A DNA stretch of 64,000 nucleotides from Alphaproteobacteria bacterium (GTDB lineage Bacteria; Pseudomonadota; Alphaproteobacteria; CALKHQ01), in NCBI GenBank assembly GCA_965227515.1, contig CBDDFZ010000001.1, positions 256,001 through 320,000 on the forward strand, given 5' to 3'. Each line of letters starts with the position of its first letter. The stretch's first letter is position 1. Below, in pieces: positions 30,063 through 41,761 of this stretch. The translations under genes and the position numbers were made by a program. A model generated the notes under the pieces. It ran no database searches and was not told the DNA's origin. It worked only from the letters and a program-made list of their open reading frames with translations.

Positions 30063-30977
30063 CTAAACGGTGGCACGGTGTGTCTTTGGCGCAGCAGGTG
30101 TTGCCACAAGGCAACGATCATGGCCGGCCAAGTCCCGCCGAATCTCCAGCGTTTTGACGCCGTGGGCGTCGAGCACATGCCGCACCGCATCGGCCTGTCC
30201 GGCGCCGATTTCGATGAACGCACGACCGCCTGGCCTGATCACCCGCGCCAGATCGACCGCGAGGGCGCGATAGGCATCCAGGCCGTCCAAGCCACCGTCC
30301 AGGGCCAGGCGCGGATCGTTGGCGCCGACCTCCGGCGACAGCCTCTCTATTTGCTCCCGTTCAATATAGGGCGGATTTGTAAGGATGATATCAACGGCCC
30401 GATCGGCAATGGCATCGGTCCAATCGCCGACCGCAAACGCCGCCCGCGACGCCAGGCCCAGCCGGCTCGCATTGCGCCGCGCGACCTCGACCGCGCCCGC
30501 GCTGCGATCGATGCCAACGCCGTGCAGGCCGGGACGCTCGTGCAGCAACGCCAGCAGCAGGCAGCCGGTACCGGTGCCGAGGTCGAGCGCATCGGTCGCC
30601 CGCCCATGCTCGGCGGCAAACGCGGCCGCCGCCTCAACCAGCACCTCGCTGTCCGGGCGCGGGTCCAGCGTATCGGGCCCAAGCTCGAAGCTCAGGCTCC
30701 AGAACTCGCGGCTGCCGACGATGCGCGACACCGGCTCGCGGCCGCACCGCCGCGCGATCGCTTCCGCGAAGGCCGCGCACGACGCCGCCGGCAGGGTCTG
30801 ATCCGGGTCGCGCAGCACCTGCTCGCGGGTCAGACCGGTCGCGTGGTTGAGCAAAACGACGGCATCGCGCCTGGGTTCCTCGACGCCGGCCTCGGCCAGG
30901 CGCGTCGTCGCCGCGCGCAGCACCGCATCGACGCGCGCGCCGGGCTCGATCCATGAATTCCGGAGCACCTGGGCCAC
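30063..30977 (-). CDS. prmC: Release factor glutamine methyltransferase
   Basis: REFWSL, PRPDSE, DLGTGTG, NPPY, LALDGG.DGL. Confidence 0.93.
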   Translation of the reverse strand: MAQVLRNSWIEPGARVDAVLRAATTRLAEAGVEEPRRDAVVLLNHATGLTREQVLRDPDQTLPAASCAAFAEAIARRCGREPVSRIVGSREFWSLSFELGPDTLDPRPDSEVLVEAAAAFAAEHGRATDALDLGTGTGCLLLALLHERPGLHGVGIDRSAGAVEVARRNASRLGLASRAAFAVGDWTDAIADRAVDIILTNPPYIEREQIERLSPEVGANDPRLALDGGLDGLDAYRALAVDLARVIRPGGRAFIEIGAGQADAVRHVLDAHGVKTLEIRRDLAGHDRCLVATPAAPKTHRATV

Positions 30978-30982
30978 CCAGG

Positions 30983-32068
30983 CTAGTTCAGGGCGGCTAG
31001 CCGGGCGGCCTGGTCCTCGGTGGTCAGGGCATCGACCAACTCGTCGAGGGCAACGCCTGCCAGGATCTGGTCGAGCTTGTGCAGGGTCAGGTTGATGCGG
31101 TGGTCGGTCACCCGGTTCTGCGGAAAGTTGTAGGTGCGAATGCGCTCCGACCGGTCGCCGCTGCCGACCTGGCTGCGCCGGTCCGCCGCCCGCTCGGCAT
31201 CGACCCGCGCGCGTTCGGCGTCGTAGAGCCGCGCGCGCAGCACTTTCATCGCCTTGGCGCGGTTCTTGTGCTGGGACTTCTCGTCCTGCTGCGAGACCAC
31301 GATGCCGGTCGGCAGGTGGGTAATGCGGACCGCGCTGTCGGTGGTGTTGACCGACTGGCCGCCGGGACCCGATGCCCTGAACACGTCGATCCTGAGATCG
31401 CCCTCGTCGATGGCGACGTCGACCTCCTCGGCCTCGGGCAGCACCGCCACAGTGGCGGCGGAGGTGTGGATGCGCCCGCTGGATTCGGTGACCGGCACGC
31501 GCTGCACCCGGTGCACGCCTGATTCGTACTTCAGGCGGGCGAACACCTGGCGACCGGAAATCGTCGCCGACGCCTCCTTGATGCCGCCGATGCCGGTTTC
31601 CGACATGCTGATGATCTCCATCTTCCAGCGATGGATATCGGCATAGCGCTGGTACATGCGGAACAGGTCGGCCGCGAACAGCGCCGCCTCGTCGCCGCCG
31701 GTGCCGGCGCGCACCTCCAGGATGGCGTTCTTCTCGTCGGCCTCGTCCTTGGGGAGCAGCAGCACGCGGATGCGCTGGTCCAGCGCCTCGACCTTCTCGC
31801 GCGCGGGCTCAAGCTCCGCCTCGGCCAGTTCACGCATCTCCGCGTCACCATCCGGGTCGGCGATCATCTCTTCCAGGTCGGCAAGCTCGCTTGAGCTGGC
31901 GTTCAACTCACCGATCACCTGCACCAGAGGTGCCAGGTCGGCAAACTCCTTCGACAGGCTGGCATAGTCGGCCTGGCTCATCTCGCCGGCCTGGCCCAGC
32001 TTGTGCCCCACCTCCTCGTGGCGGGCGACCACCTGGGCCAGTTTCTCGGATAGATCGGATCCCGTCAT
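30983..32068 (-). CDS. prfA: Peptide chain release factor 1
   Basis: GTGGDEA, PVT specificity motif, GGQ, RTYNFPQ. Confidence 0.96.
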   Translation of the reverse strand: MTGSDLSEKLAQVVARHEEVGHKLGQAGEMSQADYASLSKEFADLAPLVQVIGELNASSSELADLEEMIADPDGDAEMRELAEAELEPAREKVEALDQRIRVLLLPKDEADEKNAILEVRAGTGGDEAALFAADLFRMYQRYADIHRWKMEIISMSETGIGGIKEASATISGRQVFARLKYESGVHRVQRVPVTESSGRIHTSAATVAVLPEAEEVDVAIDEGDLRIDVFRASGPGGQSVNTTDSAVRITHLPTGIVVSQQDEKSQHKNRAKAMKVLRARLYDAERARVDAERAADRRSQVGSGDRSERIRTYNFPQNRVTDHRINLTLHKLDQILAGVALDELVDALTTEDQAARLAALN

Positions 32069-32078
32069 CGCCGGCTCC

Positions 32079-33341
32079 TCAGGCCCCGCCGTTCGCGCCG
32101 GAGGACGCCACAAGTGCCGCCAGTCCATCCAGCGCCACCTGCTGCTCGACGCCGGTATCCAGGTTGCGGAACGTCGCCGCGCCCGCCGCGACCTCGTCCT
32201 CGCCCAGGATGACGGCGGCCCACGCATCGACCTTGTTGGCGTGCTTCATGCGTCGTTTCATGTTGCCGCGATAGGCGACGTCGACCGCGAAACCATCAGC
32301 GCGCAGCCGTTCGGCCACCTCCACCGCGGCGCGCGCTTGCGCTTCGCTCACCGGCATCACGGCGATGGGGCGGGTGGCCTCTGGCACGCCGGCCGACAGC
32401 ATCGCCAGCCGCTCGATGCCCGCCGCCCAGCCGACGCCGGGCGTCGGCGGGCCGCCCATGGTCGGGATCAGGCCGTCGTATCGGCCGCCGGCCAGCACGG
32501 TGCCCTGGGCGCCAAGCCCGTCGGAGATGAACTCGAACGCAGTGTGGCCGTAATAGTCCAGGCCGCGCACCAGCTTCGGATCGAGCGCGTAGTCGATGCC
32601 GTGGGCGTCGAGGCCGTCGCGGACCCGCGCGAAGAAGTCGGTGCTCTCCTGGTTCAAATAGTCCTGGTAGGACGGCGCGTCGGCGACAAGCGCGCGGTCG
32701 CCCTCGTCCTTGCTGTCCAGGATGCGCAGGGGATTGCGCTCCAGCCGGGTCTGGCTGTCGGCGGAAAGCCTGGACGCCAGCGGGCGCAGGAACGCCACCA
32801 GCGCATCGCGATAGGCGGTGCGGCTGGCGACATCGCCCAGCGAGTTCAGGTGCAGCCGGATATTGCCCTCCAGCCGCAGCGCCGCCAGCAGGCGGGCGCC
32901 GACCGCGATCACCTCGACGTCGCCCTCCGGCTCCGGCACGCCGATCAGTTCGACGCCGACCTGGTGGAACTGGCGCAGGCGGCCCTTCTGCGGCCGCTCG
33001 TAGCGGAACATCGGCCCGGCATAGAAGAACTTGCACGGCACCTGCTGGGCCAGCCCTTCCGACATGAACATCCGCGCCACGCCGGCGGTGTTCTCCGGCC
33101 GCAGGGTGACGCTGTCGCCGCCGCGGTCGTCGAACGTGTACATCTCCTTGGTCACCACGTCCGTCGCCTCGCCCAGGGTGCGTTGGAACACCTCGGTGAA
33201 CTCGACGATGGGCGTCGACACCGCGTGGTAGCCATAAAGTGCCGCCACCGCGCGCGCGGTGTCGATCACGTGCCGGTGGCGGCGCTCGGCCTCCGGCAAC
33301 AGGTCGTGCATGCCGCGGACGGATTGCGGTTTGGATGCCAT
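32079..33341 (-). CDS. hisS: Histidine--tRNA ligase
   Basis: [36 protein letters not shown]. Confidence 0.96.
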   Translation of the reverse strand: MASKPQSVRGMHDLLPEAERRHRHVIDTARAVAALYGYHAVSTPIVEFTEVFQRTLGEATDVVTKEMYTFDDRGGDSVTLRPENTAGVARMFMSEGLAQQVPCKFFYAGPMFRYERPQKGRLRQFHQVGVELIGVPEPEGDVEVIAVGARLLAALRLEGNIRLHLNSLGDVASRTAYRDALVAFLRPLASRLSADSQTRLERNPLRILDSKDEGDRALVADAPSYQDYLNQESTDFFARVRDGLDAHGIDYALDPKLVRGLDYYGHTAFEFISDGLGAQGTVLAGGRYDGLIPTMGGPPTPGVGWAAGIERLAMLSAGVPEATRPIAVMPVSEAQARAAVEVAERLRADGFAVDVAYRGNMKRRMKHANKVDAWAAVILGEDEVAAGAATFRNLDTGVEQQVALDGLAALVASSGANGGA

Positions 33342-33415
33342 GGGTTCAGAAGGTCCTGTCGATCAGATCGGCCGCGACGCGGGCGCCCGCGCCAAACCGG
33401 CGGCGCAGACTATAC

Positions 33416-34558
33416 CTATTCGGCCGCGATGGGCGAGCCCGCCGGTTCGCCGCCCGTTTCGGCCTCGGCCTCGATCTCGGCCGCGCGTTTCTCCACAAGG
33501 TCGACCAGATGGTCGACGACCGCCGGGTCCTGCAGCCGGTGGTGGGGCACGCCGCCGATATAGACCTGGTGTGTGCCGCGCCCGCCGCCGGTGAAGCCGA
33601 TGTCGGTCTCGCGCGCCTCGCCCGGCCCGTTGACCACGCAGCCGATGACCGACAGCGTGACCGGCACGGTGATGTGGGCAAGCCGTTGCTCCAGCGCCGC
33701 CACCGTCTCGATGACGTTGAACTGCTGGCGCGCGCAGGACGGGCAGGACACGATGGTGACGCCGCGCCGCCGGAGCCCCAAGGACTTCAGGATCTCGTAG
33801 CCGGCGCGCACCTCCTCCACCGGGTCGGCGGACAGCGAGACGCGGATGGTGTCGCCGATGCCGGCCCACAGCAGGCTGCCGATGCCGATGGCGGACTTGA
33901 CGGTGCCGCCCAGCGTGCCCCCCGCCTCGGTGATGCCCAGGTGCAGCGGGTAGTCGCAGGCGTCGGCCAGCCCCTGATAGGCGGCGACGGCCAGGAACAC
34001 GTCCGATGCCTTGACGCTGATCTTGGTCTCGAAGAAGCCCTGGTCCTCCAGGATGCGGGCATGGTCGAGCGCGCTTTCGACCATCGCCTCCGGGCACGGC
34101 TCGCCGTACTTCTCCAAGAGGTCGCGCTCCAGCGAGCCGGCGTTGACGCCGATCCGCATGGAGCATCCATGATCGCGCGCGGCGGCCACCACTTCGCGCA
34201 CCCGCGCGGCGCTGCCGATGTTGCCGGGGTTGATGCGCAGGCAGGCAGCACCCGCCTCCGCCGCCTCGATCGCCCGCTTGTAGTGGAAATGGATGTCGGC
34301 GACGATCGGCACCGGCGACGCCTTGACGATGGCCGGCATCGCAGCGGTCGCGTCCTCGTCCGGGCAGGAGACGCGCACGATATCCGCGCCGGCCTCGGCC
34401 AGCGCGCGCACCTGTGCGACGGTCGCGCCTACGTCCCCGGTGACGGTGTTGGTCATCGACTGCACGGTGATCGGCGCATCGCCGCCGACGGCAACCGGTC
34501 CGACCATGATCTGCCGGCTCTTGCGGCGGATGATGTCGCGATAGGGTCTGACGCTCAT
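33416..34558 (-). CDS. ispG: HMBPP synthase IspG
   Basis: [41 protein letters not shown]. Confidence 0.96.
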   Translation of the reverse strand: MSVRPYRDIIRRKSRQIMVGPVAVGGDAPITVQSMTNTVTGDVGATVAQVRALAEAGADIVRVSCPDEDATAAMPAIVKASPVPIVADIHFHYKRAIEAAEAGAACLRINPGNIGSAARVREVVAAARDHGCSMRIGVNAGSLERDLLEKYGEPCPEAMVESALDHARILEDQGFFETKISVKASDVFLAVAAYQGLADACDYPLHLGITEAGGTLGGTVKSAIGIGSLLWAGIGDTIRVSLSADPVEEVRAGYEILKSLGLRRRGVTIVSCPSCARQQFNVIETVAALEQRLAHITVPVTLSVIGCVVNGPGEARETDIGFTGGGRGTHQVYIGGVPHHRLQDPAVVDHLVDLVEKRAAEIEAEAETGGEPAGSPIAAE

Positions 34559-34870
34559 GTTCCGCTATTCCTGCTGGGCCTGTTCCTGTTGGGGCGGTTG
34601 CTATCGGGGCTGTGCCTGTTGGCACCGGCCGCCGGCCCCGTCCCCAAGACCTGTGCCATCCACCATATGTGCCGCCTCATAGCACTTATCCAGTCCGTGT
34701 GCGAACATGCGCCGCCAGATCGTCCCTCGCAGCTGCCAAATCGACGTGTACTGCGGGAACCATCGGAGCCTTGCCGGTGTTGAGGTATGGCCCCAAGTGC
34801 CAAGGATGCCCCGAATACGCCGGATACCCCGAATGCCTCGCTCCGATGAGAGGCCCGAAAGGAGGACGTC

Positions 34871-35269
34871 ATGAACGACATCCGCACCGCACCTCGCCAC
34901 CGCCGGTCAAGGCACCGGCTGGTCGCGGCACTGGCCCTTGCCCCAATGCTCGCCGCCGGCAGCGCATTAGCCGCCGGCAGCGCATTGGCCCAGGATGGCG
35001 GCCCCGACATCATCTGGCCCGGCGTTGACATCAACATCGGCAGCGATGGCTCGATAACTGTGGGCACGCCGGACTATGAACCCCAGCCCGATGGCGGCAA
35101 CGGCAGCCAGGGCCGCGGCAACGGGAACGGCGTGGAAGTACCGCCGGGCCACATGCCGCCCGCCGGCATGTGCCGCGTGTGGTACCCGGACCGGCCGGCC
35201 GGCCACCAGCCGCCTGCGAGCAGCTGCGCGGTCCCGGTGCCTCCCGGCGCGTTCCTGGTCTACGGGTAG
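34871..35269 (+). CDS. Small secreted hypothetical protein with PPGHxPPxGxCRVW motif
   Basis: RBS GGAGG; signal peptide; Pro/Cys-rich C-terminus VPPGHMPPAGMCRVWYPDRPAGHQPP. Confidence 0.7.
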   Translation: MNDIRTAPRHRRSRHRLVAALALAPMLAAGSALAAGSALAQDGGPDIIWPGVDINIGSDGSITVGTPDYEPQPDGGNGSQGRGNGNGVEVPPGHMPPAGMCRVWYPDRPAGHQPPASSCAVPVPPGAFLVYG

Positions 35270-35398
35270 CGCGGCCATACAATTACCGCGCGAACGAGTC
35301 CACTTGGCTCGATGCGGACATCGGAATGCGTTGCTGTGACTGAGGTGGCCCGCCGAGAGGCGGAAACGGCGGACCTTGGGATACGACCGACCTTGGGG

Positions 35399-36760
35399 TC
35401 AGCCTGTACTGCCGCCCTGTAGCTGTAACGGATCGAGCGAGACGTTGCGCATCACCTGGCCCGGCTGGCCCAGCAACGGCAGCGCGCCGCCATCGACGAT
35501 GAACTCCAGCCCGCCGGCATTGCCCATGCGCAGCAGCAGGCCGTCGCGGTTCGGCACCTTGTAGATCTCGCCTTCGCGCAGAAGCCGGGTGAACACCTCG
35601 GAGCCGCCGGCATCCTTGATCTGGATCCAGCAGTCGGACACGGCCCGCAGGATGACCCGGGAGTCGGTGTTGACCTCGCCATAGACATGGGTCGCCGATG
35701 CCTCGATGGCGCTGACATCCGCCGTGGCGCCGCCGGTCGACGCGACGTCGACATCGCCCTCGACCTCGGCCGCCAGATCCTCGGGCACGTTACCGCGGCC
35801 GGCGGCCGGGAAGCCCAAATCATGCGGCGAGATGGTGTGATTGTCGCGATCCAGCGGCTGGCCGGCGCTCAGCACATCGGCAGAGTGCGGCACCGCCTCC
35901 GACGGCTGGTCCAGCGACGGGGCGGTCTGGGTGCCCGGCACCGGTGCCGCCATCGCCGTGTTCAGCGAGAACAGCGGCTCCGACACATCGCCCGCCACGC
36001 CGACCATGTCCTTCGGATCGGCGCCGGCGGTCATCACATTGCCCATGCCGGCGGTCTGGCTCATTTCTTCCGGCCCGGTGTCCGGCAACGCGGCAGCGCC
36101 GCTGAGCGCATTGGCATCGATGCCACGCGACAACCGCGGGTCGTCGGCCGCCACATCGGCATAGGCCAGCAGCGGATCGCCGGCACTGAGCGACTCGACG
36201 CCGCCGCCCGGCGTCATCATCGGGCTGTCATTGCCGGTGCCCGTCGCCTGCTCGACCTGCTCGATCAGGTGTTCCGGCACATCGGCCACGGTGACCGGAC
36301 GGTCTTCCGATTCGCCGCCAAGATATTGCCACGCGCCGTAGCCGCCGATGGCCACCAGCAGCGCGATCACCAGCATCGCGGTCGCCGGCAACCGGCTTTC
36401 CGACACCGGCTCGGGGAACACCAGGGCGCACGGCGCGCGATATTCGGAACGCTCGTTGCGGAACCGCCGGACCACCTCGTCGCCGTCGAGGCCGAAGTGC
36501 TCCGCGTAGCTGCGCAGAAATCCTATGACGTAAGGCGTACCGGGCAGCTCTTCGAACCGCCCTTCTTCGATGGCCTGTAAGTAGACAACACGAATGCGCA
36601 GCACATTGGCCACGTCCCGCAAGCTCTGGCCATAGTGGACACGCGCTTCGCGCAGGGATTGTCCGACTGTGACTGGCGTTTCGCCCGGCTCTTGTCTTAA
36701 GGCGTTGTTATCGGAACGCCCTTCGCCTACGGGAAGGGAATTCAAGTCATGTGCCGGCAT
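35399..36760 (-). CDS. rodZ: RodZ family protein (HTH, TM, DUF4115)
   Basis: VGQSLREAR...YLQAIEEG...GFLRSYA.H.GLD, one TM, C-terminal WIQIKD..GNAGG; upstream of ispG. Confidence 0.88.
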   Translation of the reverse strand: MPAHDLNSLPVGEGRSDNNALRQEPGETPVTVGQSLREARVHYGQSLRDVANVLRIRVVYLQAIEEGRFEELPGTPYVIGFLRSYAEHFGLDGDEVVRRFRNERSEYRAPCALVFPEPVSESRLPATAMLVIALLVAIGGYGAWQYLGGESEDRPVTVADVPEHLIEQVEQATGTGNDSPMMTPGGGVESLSAGDPLLAYADVAADDPRLSRGIDANALSGAAALPDTGPEEMSQTAGMGNVMTAGADPKDMVGVAGDVSEPLFSLNTAMAAPVPGTQTAPSLDQPSEAVPHSADVLSAGQPLDRDNHTISPHDLGFPAAGRGNVPEDLAAEVEGDVDVASTGGATADVSAIEASATHVYGEVNTDSRVILRAVSDCWIQIKDAGGSEVFTRLLREGEIYKVPNRDGLLLRMGNAGGLEFIVDGGALPLLGQPGQVMRNVSLDPLQLQGGSTG

Positions 36761-36992
36761 ACCCTCGCACCCATCACCCCTTCTCAAAGCACAACCGAAC
36801 CCCGATAGTCGCCCCTCCGCGGCCGACCGATCAGGCTACCCCTGTCCGGTGCACCCCTCGCCCCCGACTAGCGCCGTTCCCTCATCGCACTGTTATCGCT
36901 CGTGTCCGAACGTCTTTACCTTAGAAAATGCCGAGGGAAACCCGACCACCGATGTTGCTACCTTATCGCAGCCGAAAACGCAAAATCAAAGT

Positions 36993-39266
36993 CTAAATCC
37001 GCACGCCATGGTCCAGCGCAAACGACCGCAGATGGTTGCGCAGACTGGCGTTGGCGCTGTCCAGCAGATGGGCCAGATATGGGGTGAGCGCATGGGTGTC
37101 CAGACTGCGGACCAGGGTGCGCACCGCGCCCACCGATGACGGCGACATCGAGAAGTTCCGCACCCCCAGTGCGATGCAGGCCATGACCTCAAGCGGATGG
37201 CCCGCCATCTCGCCGCAGATCGCCAGCGGCACGCCGGCGCGGCGGCAGGCCGCGGCGATGTTGGCGATCATGCGCAGCGCTGGCGGCGCCAGCACATCGT
37301 AGCGGTTCGCCACCGTCGAGCTCGACCGGTCGGCGGCGAAGATGAACTGCATCAAATCGTTGGTGCCGACCGAAATGAAATCGACATAGGCGAGGATGGT
37401 GTCGAGCTGGAAGATCAGCGACGGCACCTCCAGCATCACCCCGACTCGCAACGGCGCCGGCACCGCGCCCCCCGTCGCGGCCAGGCGCTCGACTTCGCGG
37501 TCCAAGATGCCGCGGGCCTGCACCAGCTCGGCGACATCGGTCACCATCGGGAACATCAGCGACAAGGGCCCGCCATCCGCGGCCATCAGCATGGCGCGCA
37601 GTTGCGTGCGCAGGATCGCCGGGCGGTCCAGCGAGACGCGGATCGCGCGCCAGCCCATGGCCGGGTTCTCGTCGCCGGACGACCCCGCCCGAAAGTAGGG
37701 CAGCGACTTGTCGCCACCGACGTCCAGGGTGCGGAAAGTGATCGGACGCCCGCCGGCCGACTCGATGACGCGCCGATAGATCGCCTGCTGCTCCTCCAGG
37801 TTCGGAAACGAGCTGCGCACCATGAAGGCGATCTCGGTCCGGTAGAGGCCCACCCCGTCGGCGCCGGTGCGGTCCAGATGCGCCATGTCGGCCAGCAGGC
37901 CGGCGTTCAGGAACAGGCCGATCTTCTCGCCATCCACGGTAACCGCCGGCTGGTTGCGCTCGGCCTCGTACTGCGCCCGCTGGCGGTCGAGCGTGGCCAG
38001 GCTTTCCTCCACCACGCTCAGCACGTCCTCCGACGGGCGCAGCAGCACCTGGGCGGTATTGCCGTCGACCACGATCGCGTCGCCCGAATCGGACTGCGCC
38101 AGCACGCCGCGCGCACGGCCCACCATCGGGATATCCAGCGCGCGGGCGACGATGGCCGCGTGGCCGGTGGGCGATCCCTCCTCCAGCACCACGCCGGCCA
38201 GCTTCTCGCTGACGAAGTCGAGCAGCTCGGCCGGGCTGATATCACGCGCGACGATAATGGCGTTGTCCGGCAAGTCGTCGACCGTCACCTGCTGGCCGCT
38301 GAGATGCAACAGCAGCCGGCTGTTCAGCTCGTCCAGGTCCAGCATGCGTTCGCGCAGATAGGGGTCGGTGATCTGGGTCATCCGCGCCCGGGTGTCGTCG
38401 CTGACGCGGCGCACGGCGGCTTCGGCGGTCAGGCCGGTGTTGATCGCCTCGGTGATGCGGCGCAGCCAGCCCCGGTCATGGGCGAACAGGCGATAGGCGG
38501 CCATCACTTCGGTGTGCTCGCCGACCGCCGTCGCCACCTCCAGGCGCTCCATCAACGCGTCGATCGAGCGCCGCAGGCTGTCGACCGCTTCCTCCAGCCG
38601 CGCTAGCTCCGCCTCGCGATCCTCGGCGACCAGCTTTTCGACATCGGGCCGGCGGCGGTGCATCCACGCGGTGCCGACCGCAAGCCCGCCGCTGAGTGCG
38701 ACACCGGCGATGCGGGCCGGCCGCGTGTCCAGCCCGTCCACCACCTGCTGCTCGCGCGGGTCGATCAGCTCGCCGGCGGCGATCAGCTCCGCCAGCACCA
38801 TCGCGATGGTTTCCAGCGTCTCCAGCTCTTCGTCGGTATAGGTGCGCGGCGAGCGGTTCTGCACCACCAGCACCCCGGTCACCCGCCCGCTGCGCAGGAT
38901 CGGCACGCCGATCAGCGAATGGAACGGCGCCTCGCCGGTTTCCGGCCGAAAGGCGAACTGGGGATGGTTCTGGGCCTCGCTGAGCCTGAGCGGGCGGGCG
39001 CGGGCGGCGATGTCGCCGACCAGGCCCTCGCCGACCTGAAGCCGGGTCTGGTGCACCGCCGATTGCTGCAGGCCCTCGGTGGCGAACAGCTCCAGCACGC
39101 TGCCGGCGCGCAGGATGTAGACCGAGCACACCTCGGCCACCATCTCGCCGGCAATCATCTGGGTCACGCGGTCCAACCGCGCCTGCGCCGATTCCGGCGC
39201 CGCCATCAGGTTGCGCACCCGCTGCAGCAGGCGTCGCGATGCGGCCCAGGAGCCTGAGACAGCCAT
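36993..39266 (-). CDS. ptsP: PTS-Ntr enzyme I (GAF plus PEP phosphotransferase)
   Basis: N-terminal GAF (AEVCSVY, ATEGL), TGHAAI phospho-His, GLYRTE, ENPAMGWR, SVGTNDL. Confidence 0.95.
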   Translation of the reverse strand: MAVSGSWAASRRLLQRVRNLMAAPESAQARLDRVTQMIAGEMVAEVCSVYILRAGSVLELFATEGLQQSAVHQTRLQVGEGLVGDIAARARPLRLSEAQNHPQFAFRPETGEAPFHSLIGVPILRSGRVTGVLVVQNRSPRTYTDEELETLETIAMVLAELIAAGELIDPREQQVVDGLDTRPARIAGVALSGGLAVGTAWMHRRRPDVEKLVAEDREAELARLEEAVDSLRRSIDALMERLEVATAVGEHTEVMAAYRLFAHDRGWLRRITEAINTGLTAEAAVRRVSDDTRARMTQITDPYLRERMLDLDELNSRLLLHLSGQQVTVDDLPDNAIIVARDISPAELLDFVSEKLAGVVLEEGSPTGHAAIVARALDIPMVGRARGVLAQSDSGDAIVVDGNTAQVLLRPSEDVLSVVEESLATLDRQRAQYEAERNQPAVTVDGEKIGLFLNAGLLADMAHLDRTGADGVGLYRTEIAFMVRSSFPNLEEQQAIYRRVIESAGGRPITFRTLDVGGDKSLPYFRAGSSGDENPAMGWRAIRVSLDRPAILRTQLRAMLMAADGGPLSLMFPMVTDVAELVQARGILDREVERLAATGGAVPAPLRVGVMLEVPSLIFQLDTILAYVDFISVGTNDLMQFIFAADRSSSTVANRYDVLAPPALRMIANIAAACRRAGVPLAICGEMAGHPLEVMACIALGVRNFSMSPSSVGAVRTLVRSLDTHALTPYLAHLLDSANASLRNHLRSFALDHGVRI

Positions 39267-39280
39267 GGCTACAGCCGCCG

Positions 39281-40348
39281 CTAACCGGCCGCGTTGTCGG
39301 CCTGGGTGCGTACCTGCAGACTGGTCGCCGCTTGGTCGACCAGCTCGGCGAGAATGTCGGACGTGGGCTGCTCGGCGGTGACCATGCCGACGCTCTGGCC
39401 GGCCATCACCGACCCGAACTCCACGTCGCCCTCGATCACGGCGCGGCGCAGCGCGCCGCCCCAGAACTGCTCCACCTCGTATTGCGCGGCTTTCAATTCC
39501 TTTGAGCCGTCGTCAATGGCGCGCAGCATCGCGCGCTGGGTCTCGGCGAAGTCGATGGTGGCCTTGTTGGCGAGCGCGCGCACCGGAATGACCGGCAGCC
39601 GCGGATCGAGCTGGACCGAGGCCACGGCATCGCGCGCGCTGGCGCGGATGAACGCCTGCTTGAACTTGGGATGGGCAATCGATTCGGTGGCGCAGACGAA
39701 GCGGGTGCCGAGCTGGCAGCCCGCCGCCCCCATTTCAAGGTAGGACACGATCACCTCGCCGCGGCCGATACCACCGGCGACGAATACCGGCACGTCGCCG
39801 ATATAGGGCAGGATCTCCTGCGCCAGCACGCCGGTCGCCACCGGGCCGATGTGGCCGCCGGCCTCGTTGCCCTCGATGATCAGGGCATCGGCGCCCGACT
39901 TCACCAGCTTGCGCGCAACCGCCAGCGACGGGGCGAAGCACAGCACCTTGGCGCCGGCACTCTGCGCCCGCTCGATGGTCGCCGCGCGCGGAAGGCCGCC
40001 GGCCAGCACGATGTGGCTGACCTTGACGTCGACGCAGGTCTCGATCAGCTCGTCGATCAGGTGGCTGAGCAGGATCAGGTTGACGCCGAACGGCTTGTCG
40101 GTCAGCGCCCGCGTGGCGGCGATCTCGTCGGCCAGCATCTTCCCCGACATGGCGCCCGACGCCAGCACCCCGAAGCCGCCACCATTGGAGATGGCGGCAA
40201 CCAGATTGCGCTCCGACACCCAGGTCATGGCCCCGCCCAGGATCGCGTAGTCGCAGCCCAGGAACGCACGGCCGCGCGCCCACAGGCTGTCCAGCCTGCG
40301 GCGGGCGTCGGCCGTCGGCGGCGCGGCCATGGCGGTGGGCTGGCTCAC
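39281..40348 (-). CDS. Nitronate monooxygenase/FabK family flavoprotein
   Basis: GGAMTWVS, PFGVNL, EGNEAGGHIG, AGGIG, MAGQSVG. Confidence 0.9.
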   Translation of the reverse strand: MSQPTAMAAPPTADARRRLDSLWARGRAFLGCDYAILGGAMTWVSERNLVAAISNGGGFGVLASGAMSGKMLADEIAATRALTDKPFGVNLILLSHLIDELIETCVDVKVSHIVLAGGLPRAATIERAQSAGAKVLCFAPSLAVARKLVKSGADALIIEGNEAGGHIGPVATGVLAQEILPYIGDVPVFVAGGIGRGEVIVSYLEMGAAGCQLGTRFVCATESIAHPKFKQAFIRASARDAVASVQLDPRLPVIPVRALANKATIDFAETQRAMLRAIDDGSKELKAAQYEVEQFWGGALRRAVIEGDVEFGSVMAGQSVGMVTAEQPTSDILAELVDQAATSLQVRTQADNAAG

Positions 40349-41565
40349 GCCGCGTCCAGCCCGTAGGCACTGTGCAGCGTGCGCACGGCAAGCTCGGTGT
40401 ATTCGGCGCCGATCAGCACGCTGACCTTGATCTCCGAGGTGGAGATGACCTGGATGTTGATGCCCTTGTCGGCGAGCGCATGGAACATGGTCTGCGCGAC
40501 GCCGGCATGGCTGCGCATGCCGATGCCGATGACCGAGACCTTGCTGACGTCCTGGTCGGCGACCAGGCGCTGGTAGCCGAGGCCATCCTGCTTGGTCTCC
40601 AGCACCTGCACCGCCTCGTCTAGGTCGGTGTCGTTGACGGTGAAGGTCAGGTTGGTGACCTTGCCGTCCTCCGAAATGTTCTGGACGATCATGTCGACAT
40701 TGATGCTGGACTCCGCCAGCGGGCCGAAGATGGCGGCCGCGATGCCGGGACGGTCCGGCACGCCGACCAGCGTGATCTTGGCCTCGTTGCGGCTGTACGC
40801 CACGCCCGTGACGACCTGCTGTTCCACGATTTCGTCCTCGTCTACCACCAGGGTGCCGTCGCTGTCGTCGAAGCTTGAGCGGACGTGCACCCGGACCCGT
40901 TCTTTCATTGCCAGTTCGACGGAGCGGGTCTGCAATACCTTGGTGCCCGACGAAGCGGATTCCAGCATCTCCTCGTAGGTGATCTTATCCAGCTTGCGGG
41001 CCCGCGTCACGATGCGCGGATCGGCGGTATAGACCCCGGCCACGTCGGTATAGATGTCGCAGCGGTCGGCATCGAGCGCCGCCGCCAGCGCCACCGCGCT
41101 GGTGTCGGAGCCGCCGCGGCCGAGCGTGGTCACCCGGCCGTCCGGCCCGATGCCCTGGAACCCCGGCACCACCGCCACCCAGCCGGCGCCGAACGTGCCC
41201 TCGATGCCGGTGCGGTCGATGCCCTCGATCCGCGCCTTGGAATGCACCGCATCGGTATGCACGGGAAGCTGCCAGCCGAGCCAGGAGCGCGCCGGCACGC
41301 CGATGGTCTTCAGCGCCAGGGCCAACAGCCCGCTGGTCACCTGTTCGCCGGTCGCGACCACCACGTCGTATTCGCGCCCGTCCTCGCGGCCCGCCATGTC
41401 GCCGACCAGCCCGATCAGCCGGTCGGTCTCGCCGGCCATCGCCGACACCACGACCGCGACCTCGTGGCCGGCGTCGTGCTCGCGGCGCACGCGCTCCGCC
41501 ACCGCGCGGATGCGTTGAATGTCGGCCACCGAAGTGCCGCCGAATTTCATCACGAGGCGAGCCAT
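40345..41565 (-). CDS. lysC: Aspartate kinase
   Basis: MKFGGTSV, VVSAM, TTLGRGGSD, ACT domains, TSEIK. Confidence 0.96.
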   Translation of the reverse strand: MARLVMKFGGTSVADIQRIRAVAERVRREHDAGHEVAVVVSAMAGETDRLIGLVGDMAGREDGREYDVVVATGEQVTSGLLALALKTIGVPARSWLGWQLPVHTDAVHSKARIEGIDRTGIEGTFGAGWVAVVPGFQGIGPDGRVTTLGRGGSDTSAVALAAALDADRCDIYTDVAGVYTADPRIVTRARKLDKITYEEMLESASSGTKVLQTRSVELAMKERVRVHVRSSFDDSDGTLVVDEDEIVEQQVVTGVAYSRNEAKITLVGVPDRPGIAAAIFGPLAESSINVDMIVQNISEDGKVTNLTFTVNDTDLDEAVQVLETKQDGLGYQRLVADQDVSKVSVIGIGMRSHAGVAQTMFHALADKGINIQVISTSEIKVSVLIGAEYTELAVRTLHSAYGLDAA

Positions 41566-41761
41566 GGGGAAGGTTGTAGCCTGGGCCAGTGTGGGGTCGG
41601 GTTCAGGGTTCTTAATACGCACCGGCGCCTATATTGATGTGCAGCATGGCGCAAGAAATTGCACATGCGGCACATGGCCCCGGTCGCGCCAGGGCCGGTT
41701 GAGCGCGGGCGGCGGCTATCCATACTGAGAGTCGGGGGGCGGCGCAAGCGGGGTGAGAGGC

